DNA of 64,000 nucleotides from Deltaproteobacteria bacterium (GTDB taxonomy: Bacteria > Myxococcota > Kuafuiibacteriia > Kuafuiibacteriales > Kuafuiibacteriaceae), in contig JAVJQW010000008.1 in assembly GCA_040218735.1 (NCBI GenBank), positions 256,001 through 320,000 on the forward strand. The letters run 5' to 3'. Positions within the stretch are counted from its first letter, which is position 1; every line of letters starts with the position of its first letter. A program made the translations under genes and the position numbers. The notes under the pieces were generated by a model. It was not told where the DNA came from. It saw only the letters and a list, made by a program, of their open reading frames with translations, and made no database searches. Below, in pieces: positions 1 through 8,817 of the stretch.

Positions 1-1
1 C

Positions 2-217
2 GACGCCACCCAGCACGCCGCGATTCGCGAGCTCCTGGAGGAGGTCGGTCGCTTCCGCCTCCTGACGCAGCTCAAGGCGAACTGCTCCATGGACGAGGCA
101 ATGACGCTCGACCTCATCGACGACGTGCTGCCGAAGAGCCTGGATCCGCGACCCGACCTCGGCGCGGTCGCCGAGCGCTGGGTCGCGTTGTTTCGTGGGT
201 TGGCCGAGCTCCGCTGA
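2..217 (+). CDS. 3' end of a hypothetical protein (runs in from outside the window)
   Basis: Frame 2 is open from base 2 to TGA at 215-217 (DATQHAAIRELLEEVGRFRLL...FRGLAELR*), with GC3-rich codons typical of the real genes here. Confidence 0.7.
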   Translation, partial: DATQHAAIRELLEEVGRFRLLTQLKANCSMDEAMTLDLIDDVLPKSLDPRPDLGAVAERWVALFRGLAELR

Positions 218-229
218 GCTCCGGCCGAC

Positions 230-820
230 TCAGTCTTCGTCGTCCTCTTCGACTTCGAAGACGCGGATCTTGCGCTCGGCGCCCTCGCCCTCGCTCTCGG
301 AGCTGACGCCGTCGATGTTCTTGATGAAGTTGTGGACGACCCACCGCTCCTTCGAGTTCATCGCGTCGAGGATCACGTCCTCGCCGTCCTCCAGCACGCA
401 GTTGACCGCCTCCTGGGCGATCGCCTCGAAGTGCTCGTGGTCGACGCCTTCGGGTTTGTCACCGCGCGGGCGCCGGCCGCGTCCACCGCGGCCCCGATCC
501 CGATCCCGGTCCCGACCACCGCGACCTCGGTCGCGTCCGCCGCGGTCGCGATCCCGGCCTCGGCCTCGATCCCGGTCTCGACCACCGCGATCGCCGCGAT
601 CCCGGCCACGGCCTTCGGAGCGCGGGGCGGCCTCGGGCTGCTTGTCCGCCATCCCCTGGACGGCGACGACGTAGCACTGGCGCTCTTTGAGACCCTCGAT
701 GGTGACCCCATCGAGCTTACGAATCTCGAGCTGGTCCTTATCGACTTCGAAGTGCGCGGCGGCCTTGTCGAGCGCCTCGTCTTCGGAGGTCGCGAAGTAC
801 TCTTTCTCGTAGATCTTCAC
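230..820 (-). CDS. Jag/EloR-like RNA-binding protein (Jag_N + R3H; KH domain apparently replaced by an RG/RD-rich linker)
   Basis: GTG at 818-820 preceded by GGAGG; N-term EYFATSEDEALDKAAAHFEVDKDQLEIRKL resembles Jag_N; C-term MNSKERWVVHNFIKNIDGVSSESEGEGAERKIRV is an R3H (RxxxH) motif. Confidence 0.8.
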   Translation of the reverse strand: MKIYEKEYFATSEDEALDKAAAHFEVDKDQLEIRKLDGVTIEGLKERQCYVVAVQGMADKQPEAAPRSEGRGRDRGDRGGRDRDRGRGRDRDRGGRDRGRGGRDRDRDRGRGGRGRRPRGDKPEGVDHEHFEAIAQEAVNCVLEDGEDVILDAMNSKERWVVHNFIKNIDGVSSESEGEGAERKIRVFEVEEDDED

Positions 821-854
821 TGACCGGCCTCCGTAGCACACCCGCTCGGGTCCG

Positions 855-2042
855 TCACGCGCGCCGATCGAACCACGCGCCGATCGTCGCTTCGTAGTGC
901 GTTTCGTACAGCCGGCTCAGGGTCAGGAACATCGTGACCACCAGCGGCCCGTACAGGATCCCGATGACGCCGAAGACGGAGAGGCCGCCGATCAGGCTCA
1001 GGAAGATGAGGAGGTTGTGCATCTTCATGTGCGAGCCGATCAGCCGCGTCTTCACTACGTTCTCCACGAACAGCGCCTGCACCGTGTTGACCGCGAGGAA
1101 CGCGACCGCCGCGAGGGGGCGGCCGGTCAGCGCCATGAACACCGAGGCCGGGATGACGACCACCATGATCCCCGCGAGCGGGAGGAACGCGAAGATGGTC
1201 ATCACCGTCCCCCAGAGCACCGCCGAGGGGAGGCCGAACGCCGCCATCGTCAGGCCGCCGATCACCCCCTGGATCAGGCTGCCGATCCCGTTGCCGAAGA
1301 GGATCGCTCGGCCGACGGATCCGAACTGCGTCGCGATCAGCTCCTCCTCGTGCGTGGGCAGCGGCGACAGCCGGTAGATGTAGCGCTTGAGCTTCCCCCC
1401 GTCGATCAACAGGTAGAAGACCATCACCATCATCATCACGAAGTGAAAGAGGATCGCGAAGACGTTGCCGAGGATCGTGTTGATCTGACCACCAAGGAAG
1501 GTCGCCGCCGCGCCCGCCGCGCCCGTCGCCAGGTCCCGTAGGGCCTTCGGTGAGTACTCCACACCCGCGAAGTCCGCCGCGCGTCGCACGGTCCGCGCGA
1601 CCGGTGAGTCGCCGAACAAGAACTCTTCGAGGACCGCGACGGACTCACCGACACGATCGAACGCCACGACGGCCTCGGCCGAGAGGCTCCCGACCAGGAA
1701 GGCCGTGGGGATGAGTACGAGGAACACGATGACCACACACACCAACGACGAGGCCAACCAGGGCCTCTTCAGCCTGGGCATGAACCACTGGTAGAGCGGG
1801 CGCGACAGGTACACGAACAGCAGCGCGAGGATGATGTCGGTGACGAAGTCGAAGAAGACGTAGATGAACGCCGCGATCGTCCCGAGGAAGAGGATGAGGA
1901 AGAAGCTGATCGCGAGGGACTCGGGGCCCCCCTCGTCCTTCGCATTGCCGGGGGCGGGGAGGTTGGCGTCGAGCTCCGCGGCGAGCGGCGCGACGGGCGT
2001 CTTCGGCGGGATCTGGGGATGCGGCGGGAACTCTTCGGCCAT
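855..2042 (-). CDS. AI-2E family transporter (PerM/YdiK-like)
   Basis: Multi-TM protein with family motifs FYLLIDG, SLIQG, VENVVKTRLIG, LIFLSLIGGLSVFGVIGILYGPL. Confidence 0.9.
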   Translation of the reverse strand: MAEEFPPHPQIPPKTPVAPLAAELDANLPAPGNAKDEGGPESLAISFFLILFLGTIAAFIYVFFDFVTDIILALLFVYLSRPLYQWFMPRLKRPWLASSLVCVVIVFLVLIPTAFLVGSLSAEAVVAFDRVGESVAVLEEFLFGDSPVARTVRRAADFAGVEYSPKALRDLATGAAGAAATFLGGQINTILGNVFAILFHFVMMMVMVFYLLIDGGKLKRYIYRLSPLPTHEEELIATQFGSVGRAILFGNGIGSLIQGVIGGLTMAAFGLPSAVLWGTVMTIFAFLPLAGIMVVVIPASVFMALTGRPLAAVAFLAVNTVQALFVENVVKTRLIGSHMKMHNLLIFLSLIGGLSVFGVIGILYGPLVVTMFLTLSRLYETHYEATIGAWFDRRA

Positions 2043-2061
2043 CGACCGTCTCCTCCCGCGT

Positions 2062-3702
2062 TCAGCGCGGGCCCTTCATCGGGGGCAACGGTAACACGGG
2101 CGGCCGGTAGTAACGTGTCGTCGCGCGCTGCAGCTCCAACTCGTCGACCAACATCGACGGCGCCACCGTGCTCACCGGGACACTACCGCTCTCCGCGTAG
2201 CAGTAGCTGTTGTCGACCTCGTAGTCGCGGCCGAACGCGCGGATGCGCTGAATCGCCGCGAGCGGCGTGCCGATGAAGTTCACGTTCCGCACCCGCTCCT
2301 CGTGGCCCGTCTTGGGATCGACGCGGTACACCTCGGTCGGCACGCCCTTGAACGCCTGGAAGTCGTAGTGGTCGGTGCGCGTCTCGCCGCTCGAGACACG
2401 CTTCACGATGATCCCGTGCGGAAGGTTCTTCTTCGTCACCGCTTCGAGGAGTTTGTCCTTCAGCTCGTCCCAGGAGTGGCGCTGATCGCTCTTCACCACG
2501 AGGTTCGCCATGCGCGCCATCGGGTCTTGATACCGCTCGTGCCGACCGTGCCCGTTCGAACGTTTGATCCCCTTCGCGCAGGCGCGACTCATCAAGAAGG
2601 TCTGGAGCACGCCGTCCTTCACGAGCTCGACCGGTCGCGCCGCGACACCCTCGTCGTCCACCTCGTAGTGACCGAAGAGCGGCTTGCCCTCCCACGTCGC
2701 GAGCGTGGGATCGTCGATGAGATCCACGCCGTCCGGGAGGATCTTCTTGCCGACCTTCTCCGCGAACGTCTGCCCCTCGGTGCGGGAGATCATCCGCTCG
2801 CCCTCCAGGCGGTGACCGATGGCTTCGTGGAACACCAGCCCGGTCGCGAGCCCGGACATCAGCGCCGGCCCGGCGTAGGGCTCCATGGGTTCGGCCTTCG
2901 CGAGGCTCAGGAGGTCCTCGTGAATCTCGTCGATCGCGCGCTCGACCTCGCTGAGTTTGGGGAGCTGCTTGGGATCCGTCGCCTGGAAATACCGCGCCGA
3001 GTGCAGGTACACGCCGTCCTTCGTGAGGTACCAGGCGTTGATGATGACTTCGTAGTAGTTCTCCTGCGCGATGAACTTCGAGCCCTCGGAGTTCACGAAC
3101 ACGCGGCACCGCGTCGCGCCGCGGATGCGGACGTAGGGGTCGACCAGGTTCTTGTAGCGCTTGAACAACCCCGACGCACGCGCGACGAAGTCCTCCCACC
3201 GCTTCTGTGAGAACTTGGGCGCCTCCAGCGGGCGGTTCCGAACGAGTTTGTCCTCCTTCGAGAACGAAGGCGCCTCCGCCTTCAGGCGCTGCTCCACGAG
3301 GATCTTCTTCTTGTCGTAGTAGTCGTGCAGCGCTTCCCAGTATTTCAGCTGGGTGAGTTTCCAGAACGCGTAGCGCACCGCCTCCGGATCCGCGTCCTTC
3401 GGGCCGACCAACCAGTTGTAGGACTCGCGGTCGTAGAGGTCCGTCGTGAGCGAGCCGTCGACGGTCTGGTCCAGCCGGTACGAACCCACCCGAATCTCCG
3501 AATACAACTCACAGGCCTCGATGGGTTCCGCGTTGAAGACGGCACCGTACCGACCCCAGACGTCCATGCCGCGCGTCCAGTGGAGCAGATACGACATGAA
3601 GAACGGCTTGGGGTGCCCAGCCAGCTTCATGCCCTTCATCGAACGACGGAGCTCCTGCCCCATCACGCGCTGCACGGCGCGGCTCTTGTCGGTGTCGAGC
3701 AT
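2062..3702 (-). CDS. TldD/PmbA family metalloprotease
   Basis: HEAIGHRLEG zinc motif, LIDDPT, YEVDDEGV, SNGHGR, RMANL and C-terminal YCYAESGSVPV; ATG at 3700-3702 overlaps the upstream stop (TGATG). Confidence 0.9.
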   Translation of the reverse strand: MLDTDKSRAVQRVMGQELRRSMKGMKLAGHPKPFFMSYLLHWTRGMDVWGRYGAVFNAEPIEACELYSEIRVGSYRLDQTVDGSLTTDLYDRESYNWLVGPKDADPEAVRYAFWKLTQLKYWEALHDYYDKKKILVEQRLKAEAPSFSKEDKLVRNRPLEAPKFSQKRWEDFVARASGLFKRYKNLVDPYVRIRGATRCRVFVNSEGSKFIAQENYYEVIINAWYLTKDGVYLHSARYFQATDPKQLPKLSEVERAIDEIHEDLLSLAKAEPMEPYAGPALMSGLATGLVFHEAIGHRLEGERMISRTEGQTFAEKVGKKILPDGVDLIDDPTLATWEGKPLFGHYEVDDEGVAARPVELVKDGVLQTFLMSRACAKGIKRSNGHGRHERYQDPMARMANLVVKSDQRHSWDELKDKLLEAVTKKNLPHGIIVKRVSSGETRTDHYDFQAFKGVPTEVYRVDPKTGHEERVRNVNFIGTPLAAIQRIRAFGRDYEVDNSYCYAESGSVPVSTVAPSMLVDELELQRATTRYYRPPVLPLPPMKGPR

Positions 3703-5543
3703 CAGGTGCGCTTCCCCATGTTGAACAGGTAGTAGCCGAGCGCGGCGAACAGCAGCAGCCCGACGATCGTGGGTAGCTCCACGCCGAACCCGGGAGGTTT
3801 GGAGCCGGTGAAGAAGCCGTACGCCGAGAGACCGACGCCGACGAACCCGACGCCCGCGACGAGCCCGGACGCCGCGAGCACGCCCGCGTCGGCGCCTTCG
3901 TTCTCGGTCTTCTGCGCGCCGCGCTTGACGATCATGCTGATGATTCCGCCCGCGAGGATCGGCGTCATCGTCGAGAGTGGGAGGTAGAGGCCGACGGCCA
4001 CCGCGAGCGGCGGGAGCCGCAGCACGATCGGGATCAGCGTCAACGCCGCGCCGAGCAGGAACAGCCCCCACGGCACGCGCGCCTCGAGCACACCTTCGAC
4101 GATCGTCTGCATGAGGGTGCCCTGCGGCGCCGGCAGCTCCTTGCTGCCGAACTGGTACTGCCCGGCGAGGAGGATGATCGCCCCGGAGACGAACGTGATC
4201 GCGGTGAGGATGCCGACGATCTCACCGATCTGCTGCGACCGCGGCGTCGCCCCCACGATGAAGCCGGTCTTGAGATCCTGACTCACGTCTCCGGCCATCG
4301 AAGCGGCGACACACACCACGGTGCCCACGGTGAGCGCGGTGGTCTTGCCGACCATGTCGGTCCAGCCGAGCGCGTAGAAGACGAGCGACGTGCCGAGCAG
4401 CGTCACGATCGTCATGCCGGACGTCGGGTTCGAAGACACGCCGACCAGCCCCACGATGCGCGAGGACACCGTCACGAAGAGGAACGCGAAGATGCCGACG
4501 CCGAGCGCGCCCACGATGCGGAGCGGGATGCCCGCGTTTCGGCCGAGCACCTGCGGCGCCACCGCGACGACCACGAGCACGGCCGCGACGATCCCGAGCA
4601 CCACGCGCATGTCGAGGTCGCGCTCCGTCGAGGCCACCTCCTCGTCCGAGCTGCGGTTCTTGAGGTGCTCGAGGCCGGCCTTCAGCGAGCGCACCATCAT
4701 CGGCGCGGACTGCACGATCGTGTAGACACCCGCGGTCGCGACGCCGCCCGCGCCGACATAGCGGATGTAGTTGTTCCAGATCTTCGACGGCGACAGCTCG
4801 CCGAGCCCGGTGGGCGGCGTGGAGAAGAGGAACAACAGCGACGACTCGCCGAACGCGGCGAACGCCGGGATGAGGATCAGCCAGGACACCGCCGCGCCGA
4901 GCACCATCAACAACCCGATGCGCGGGCCGAGGATGTAACCGACGCCGAGGAGCGCGGGCGACAGCTCCATGCCGGCTTCGGCTTTGCCGAACCGCACCGC
5001 GGCTTCGCCGTGCCACATCTTCCCGAAGCTCGAGAGGAACTTGAACAGCGCGCCGAGCCCGAGGCCGACGAACACCGGCCGCGCCGAGGCGCCCCCCGCG
5101 TCGGCGGCGCGCAGCACGTTCGCGCACGCGGTGCCCTCCGGGTAGGGGAGGTTGTCGGCTTCCTCGACGATCAACGCGCGCCGCAGCGGCACCATGATCA
5201 GCACGCCGAGCAGGCCGCCGCAGCCGCCGAGGACGATGAGTTGGAGCAGCTCGGGATCTTGGCCCCACAGGAACAACGCCGGCGTCGTGAAGATCAGACC
5301 GGACGCGAGTGAGCTCGAAGCCGAGCCCACCGTCTGGGACATGTTCGCTTCGAGGACGCTGCTCCCCTCGCGCTTCGACAGCGCCGAGAAGATCGCCACG
5401 GTCATCACCGCGACCGGGATCGAGGTCGAGACGGTCAGCCCGACCTTCAGCCCGATGTATGCGTTGGCGGCGCCGAACAGGATCCCGAGGAAGATGCCCG
5501 TGGCGATCGAGCGTGCGGTCAGCTCCTTCAACCGGCCCGACAT
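3702..5543 (-). CDS. OPT family oligopeptide transporter
   Basis: ELTARSI...ANAYIGLKVGLTVSTSIP, LPYPEGTACA, SSNPTSGMTI, QDLKTGFIVGATPRSQQIGE, LPAPQ motifs; start MSGRLKEL at 5543. Confidence 0.95.
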   Translation of the reverse strand: MSGRLKELTARSIATGIFLGILFGAANAYIGLKVGLTVSTSIPVAVMTVAIFSALSKREGSSVLEANMSQTVGSASSSLASGLIFTTPALFLWGQDPELLQLIVLGGCGGLLGVLIMVPLRRALIVEEADNLPYPEGTACANVLRAADAGGASARPVFVGLGLGALFKFLSSFGKMWHGEAAVRFGKAEAGMELSPALLGVGYILGPRIGLLMVLGAAVSWLILIPAFAAFGESSLLFLFSTPPTGLGELSPSKIWNNYIRYVGAGGVATAGVYTIVQSAPMMVRSLKAGLEHLKNRSSDEEVASTERDLDMRVVLGIVAAVLVVVAVAPQVLGRNAGIPLRIVGALGVGIFAFLFVTVSSRIVGLVGVSSNPTSGMTIVTLLGTSLVFYALGWTDMVGKTTALTVGTVVCVAASMAGDVSQDLKTGFIVGATPRSQQIGEIVGILTAITFVSGAIILLAGQYQFGSKELPAPQGTLMQTIVEGVLEARVPWGLFLLGAALTLIPIVLRLPPLAVAVGLYLPLSTMTPILAGGIISMIVKRGAQKTENEGADAGVLAASGLVAGVGFVGVGLSAYGFFTGSKPPGFGVELPTIVGLLLFAALGYYLFNMGKRT

Positions 5544-5569
5544 ACAACGGGCGACCGGACCGGTAAACC

Positions 5570-6655
5570 TCAGCGGCGCGTGAGCTCCAGCTCGCTGTCG
5601 GTGTCGACCGACGCCATCCCGCCCATGCTCGTCTTGCTGGTGATGCGGCCCTTCAGCGACTGAAGCGTGCCGGCCTTCCGGTTCATGACGATCGTCGCCC
5701 ATCCGTCGACGCGCATCTTGGTGTCGACGGTCGCGCCGGGGGCCGCGCCCCCACCGCCCATGCCCGGCATCCCGGACAGATCGATGCCGCCCATACCCGG
5801 GACGCCGCCGAGGTCCGGCATCCCGCCGCCCATCGCCATGTCGTCGTCTTCGTCGTCCTCGGGCGCGTCGACCGGTGCCTTCATGGCGGCCTTGGTCTCG
5901 AACGTCGTCTTCACGCGCGTCTTCTTCGGCGAAGGGTCGAGTATCTGCGCGGTGACCCGCGTGTCGTTCGAGAGGTTCGGGTGGTTCATCGCGACCTGCA
6001 CCGCGCCGTCGCCCACCGCGCCGTCGGGGAGGCGAAGCAGCTCCATGAACATGCGCGGCACGAGGTCCACGCGCGGCGTGTCCTGGCGGATCTTCACCCG
6101 GCGCGTCTTCTTCTGCTTCGCGACCTTCTTCACGCTGGCGCCGCCCGAGAGGCGTCCGGTGTTCGGATCGATCGTCGCCCAGACGGTGACCTCTTCCTCA
6201 CCGTCGTTGACCGTGCCCACGGCGCCGTTCGGTCCGACCTGATTCGTGACCACGACGTTCTGCCCCTCCTGCACGATCAGGTAGACGTGCTCCTGGAACG
6301 TGAAGCGACCGCGGCGGTCGACGGTGACGAGGCTCTTCAGCGAGGACGGCGGGAGCCCTTCGATCGTCCCGAGCACACGCCCGCTCTCGTCGCGCACGGT
6401 GAACGACTCGATGTAGAGCGTGCCCTCCGCGGTGCCGTCGGGGCGCACGCGATCGATGCGGAGCGTGAACGTCGAGTCGGTCGTGGTGCGCTGTGCGATC
6501 TTCATGCCCATCGTGGACATGTTCATCGTGTCCTTGGACTTCGCGGCGAAGCGGTGCTTCGACCCCTTCTTCCAGGTATAACGCAACGTGGTGGCGTCGG
6601 CGGTGGCGCCGGTGAACAGGCAGGCCGCGACGAACGCGGCGGAGATCGTCTTCAT
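5570..6655 (-). CDS. secreted hypothetical protein (beta-rich, with an acidic and Met/Gly-rich segment)
   Basis: Signal peptide MKTISAAFVAACLFTGATADA; GGAGG upstream; coding-like codon usage. Confidence 0.75.
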   Translation of the reverse strand: MKTISAAFVAACLFTGATADATTLRYTWKKGSKHRFAAKSKDTMNMSTMGMKIAQRTTTDSTFTLRIDRVRPDGTAEGTLYIESFTVRDESGRVLGTIEGLPPSSLKSLVTVDRRGRFTFQEHVYLIVQEGQNVVVTNQVGPNGAVGTVNDGEEEVTVWATIDPNTGRLSGGASVKKVAKQKKTRRVKIRQDTPRVDLVPRMFMELLRLPDGAVGDGAVQVAMNHPNLSNDTRVTAQILDPSPKKTRVKTTFETKAAMKAPVDAPEDDEDDDMAMGGGMPDLGGVPGMGGIDLSGMPGMGGGGAAPGATVDTKMRVDGWATIVMNRKAGTLQSLKGRITSKTSMGGMASVDTDSELELTRR

Positions 6656-6753
6656 CGATTCGAACCCTCCCAGGTGTGTTCGCCTAAGACGGTCTCGGGG
6701 GCAACGGATTCATTCGGTTCGGACGTTCGAATCGGAGCGCGTACACTGCCGGC

Positions 6754-8784
6754 ATGAAGGTCCGGGTGCTCGCGTTCCTCGTGCTCGGCGCGTGCGCGCA
6801 CGATCCGCTGCGCGCGGCCGACGACGCCTTCGACCGCGGTGACTACGTCGACGCGATCGTCCACTACCGACGCTTCGAGTACCAAACCCGGAAGCAGCAG
6901 CTCCCGTGGGGGCAGCGGGGCCACGTCGACGAGCGGCTCGTCGCGTCCTGGACGGCGTTGCTGGAGCCGACGTTCCAACGCATCGAAGAGCTCCTCGCCG
7001 ACGGCCGCCCGATGCACGCGTTCGACCTCGCGTGGCGCATCACGCCGCACCGGTTGCTGTTGTTGCCGCCGGACCGTTACCTCCCGCCGCCGGAGGCCAG
7101 AGCATGGGACGCGCGGGTGCGCGACCTCCTACGGCGCGCCGGGTACGAAGCGGTCGGCGCCAACGATCCGGATCGCGACGTCGAGGAGATCGCGGCGCGG
7201 TGGTGGTCGATTCGCCGCGAGTTCAAGATGCTCCCGACTGGTCTGACGACGCCGATGAACACGTATGTCGACGGACGCATCGCCGAGGAGATGGCGATGT
7301 TGGCGACGGGGGGCGAGCCGGAGGCGGCGCTGCAGCTCGCGACCGATCTCGGGGGTTTGATGAAGAGCCCGAGTCGGCTCCGTTCGGTGTGCCACGAAGC
7401 CGGGCTGTACCTGCGCGGCGAGGAGGGGGACGAGGTGAAGCGGCTCCACCGGCAGGAGCATCACCTCGAGATCGCGCACGACCTTCAGCAGCGGATGCCG
7501 CGACTGGCGTTCCTGCACGCGCAGGCGGGGCAGCTGTGGGCGGCCGCGAACGGTCGGGACCTTCGGCTCCCACCGATCGTGATCCGCGAGAACGTCCCGC
7601 CGTCGGCGCAGCCGCCGATCCGCGTGCGTTCGATCGCCGGGTGCAAGGAGGCGTCGAAGCTCGAGTCGACGTTGCGTCGCCTCATCGAGCGCAAGGGGAC
7701 GGGCAAGCCGTTCCACGTGGATGTGGAGTTGACGTCCTGCCGGTGGGACGAGCGCCGCCGGACGACGTCGCGCGAGACGACGTTCGACTACGACACCACC
7801 GTCGCCGAGACCGAGCTCGTTCCGGTCTGGGAGACGTACGTCGAGCCGAAGTGTCGCACCGTCACCGCGTGCCGGCATCCGTTCGAGAAGACGCACGCGT
7901 GGGGCAACACGTACCGGTACTGCCGCGAGAACGACACGTACGAGACGGTGTCGTGTGTCGACCAGACGTACCGGCGTCAGGTGATGCGACCGAAGAAGGT
8001 CCATCGGAAGAAGACGCAGAAGATCCGCACGACGCAGTGGGCATCGTTCTACAACGCCGACATCGCCGTGGAGGGGGTCGCGAAGATCGCGGGCAACGGG
8101 GAGGTCGTCACGGTCGACGCGAAGGGAAAGGGGACCGGCGCGTGGGGCGGGTACGATTCGGTGCGGCAGATCGACGCGAAGATCGCGCGCGGCGTCGGTG
8201 TGAGCGCGGCGATCTCCAGAGCGCTGTCGCCGCTCGTCACGAAGGTCCGCGGCGCGGTGTTCCGCGAGGCGCAGCGGGGACGTGCGACGTGGGACGCGAA
8301 CAAGGACAAGACGGCGCAGGAGTTGGTCGCGCGCGCGGCGTCGCTGCGCGCGGAGGGAAAGGACGACGAGGCGTTCGAGGCGCAGCTCGTTGCGTTCCAG
8401 GACTTCGGTGCGAAGCCGACGAAGGAGGACTTCGCGCGGTTTGACGCGCGCCTCGACACGCCGGACGAGCCGCGCGTGCGCTTCGTCGAGCGCGAGCGTG
8501 ACGGATCGCTGAACGTACGTTTGCGCAACCTTCGTTTGGCGTCGGAGAAGACGTACCACTGTCCGAACCCGCAGCGTCCGCAGGCGCTGATACGCGCGCA
8601 TTCGAAGGTCGCGTTCGGCAACGGCGAGAAACCGGGGTTCGGTTCTTCGGAGTGGGCCGACGAGATCGAGCGTCGCCTGTACACCTGGGAGCTGTACGAT
8701 CCGCCGGAGCACCTCCTGAAGGTGGATCGTGAGACGGCGATCGAGCTGGCGAAGAAGCGGTCGCGGGGTCGGATCAGCCGCTGA
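6754..8784 (+). CDS. hypothetical lipoprotein with an N-terminal TPR-like motif
   Basis: Lipobox VLGAC; ADDAFDRGDYVDAIVHY is TPR-like; 676 aa open frame. Confidence 0.75.
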   Translation: MKVRVLAFLVLGACAHDPLRAADDAFDRGDYVDAIVHYRRFEYQTRKQQLPWGQRGHVDERLVASWTALLEPTFQRIEELLADGRPMHAFDLAWRITPHRLLLLPPDRYLPPPEARAWDARVRDLLRRAGYEAVGANDPDRDVEEIAARWWSIRREFKMLPTGLTTPMNTYVDGRIAEEMAMLATGGEPEAALQLATDLGGLMKSPSRLRSVCHEAGLYLRGEEGDEVKRLHRQEHHLEIAHDLQQRMPRLAFLHAQAGQLWAAANGRDLRLPPIVIRENVPPSAQPPIRVRSIAGCKEASKLESTLRRLIERKGTGKPFHVDVELTSCRWDERRRTTSRETTFDYDTTVAETELVPVWETYVEPKCRTVTACRHPFEKTHAWGNTYRYCRENDTYETVSCVDQTYRRQVMRPKKVHRKKTQKIRTTQWASFYNADIAVEGVAKIAGNGEVVTVDAKGKGTGAWGGYDSVRQIDAKIARGVGVSAAISRALSPLVTKVRGAVFREAQRGRATWDANKDKTAQELVARAASLRAEGKDDEAFEAQLVAFQDFGAKPTKEDFARFDARLDTPDEPRVRFVERERDGSLNVRLRNLRLASEKTYHCPNPQRPQALIRAHSKVAFGNGEKPGFGSSEWADEIERRLYTWELYDPPEHLLKVDRETAIELAKKRSRGRISR

Positions 8785-8817
8785 CGTCCGGGCCCGGATC
8801 GACTAAGGGTCGCCTCG

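Noticed and set aside
202-226. GGCCGAGCTC...GAGCTCCGGCC inverted repeat between convergent genes
   Set aside because: Could be a terminator, but it has no U-tract and such GC stems arise readily by chance here
2062-5702. Long N-terminal extensions in the ORF track (for example 2062..4071 and 3702..5702; likewise 51574..54702, 54039..56012, 60375..62129)
   Set aside because: The extensions overlap neighbouring real genes; the true starts are downstream at stop/start overlaps or signal peptides
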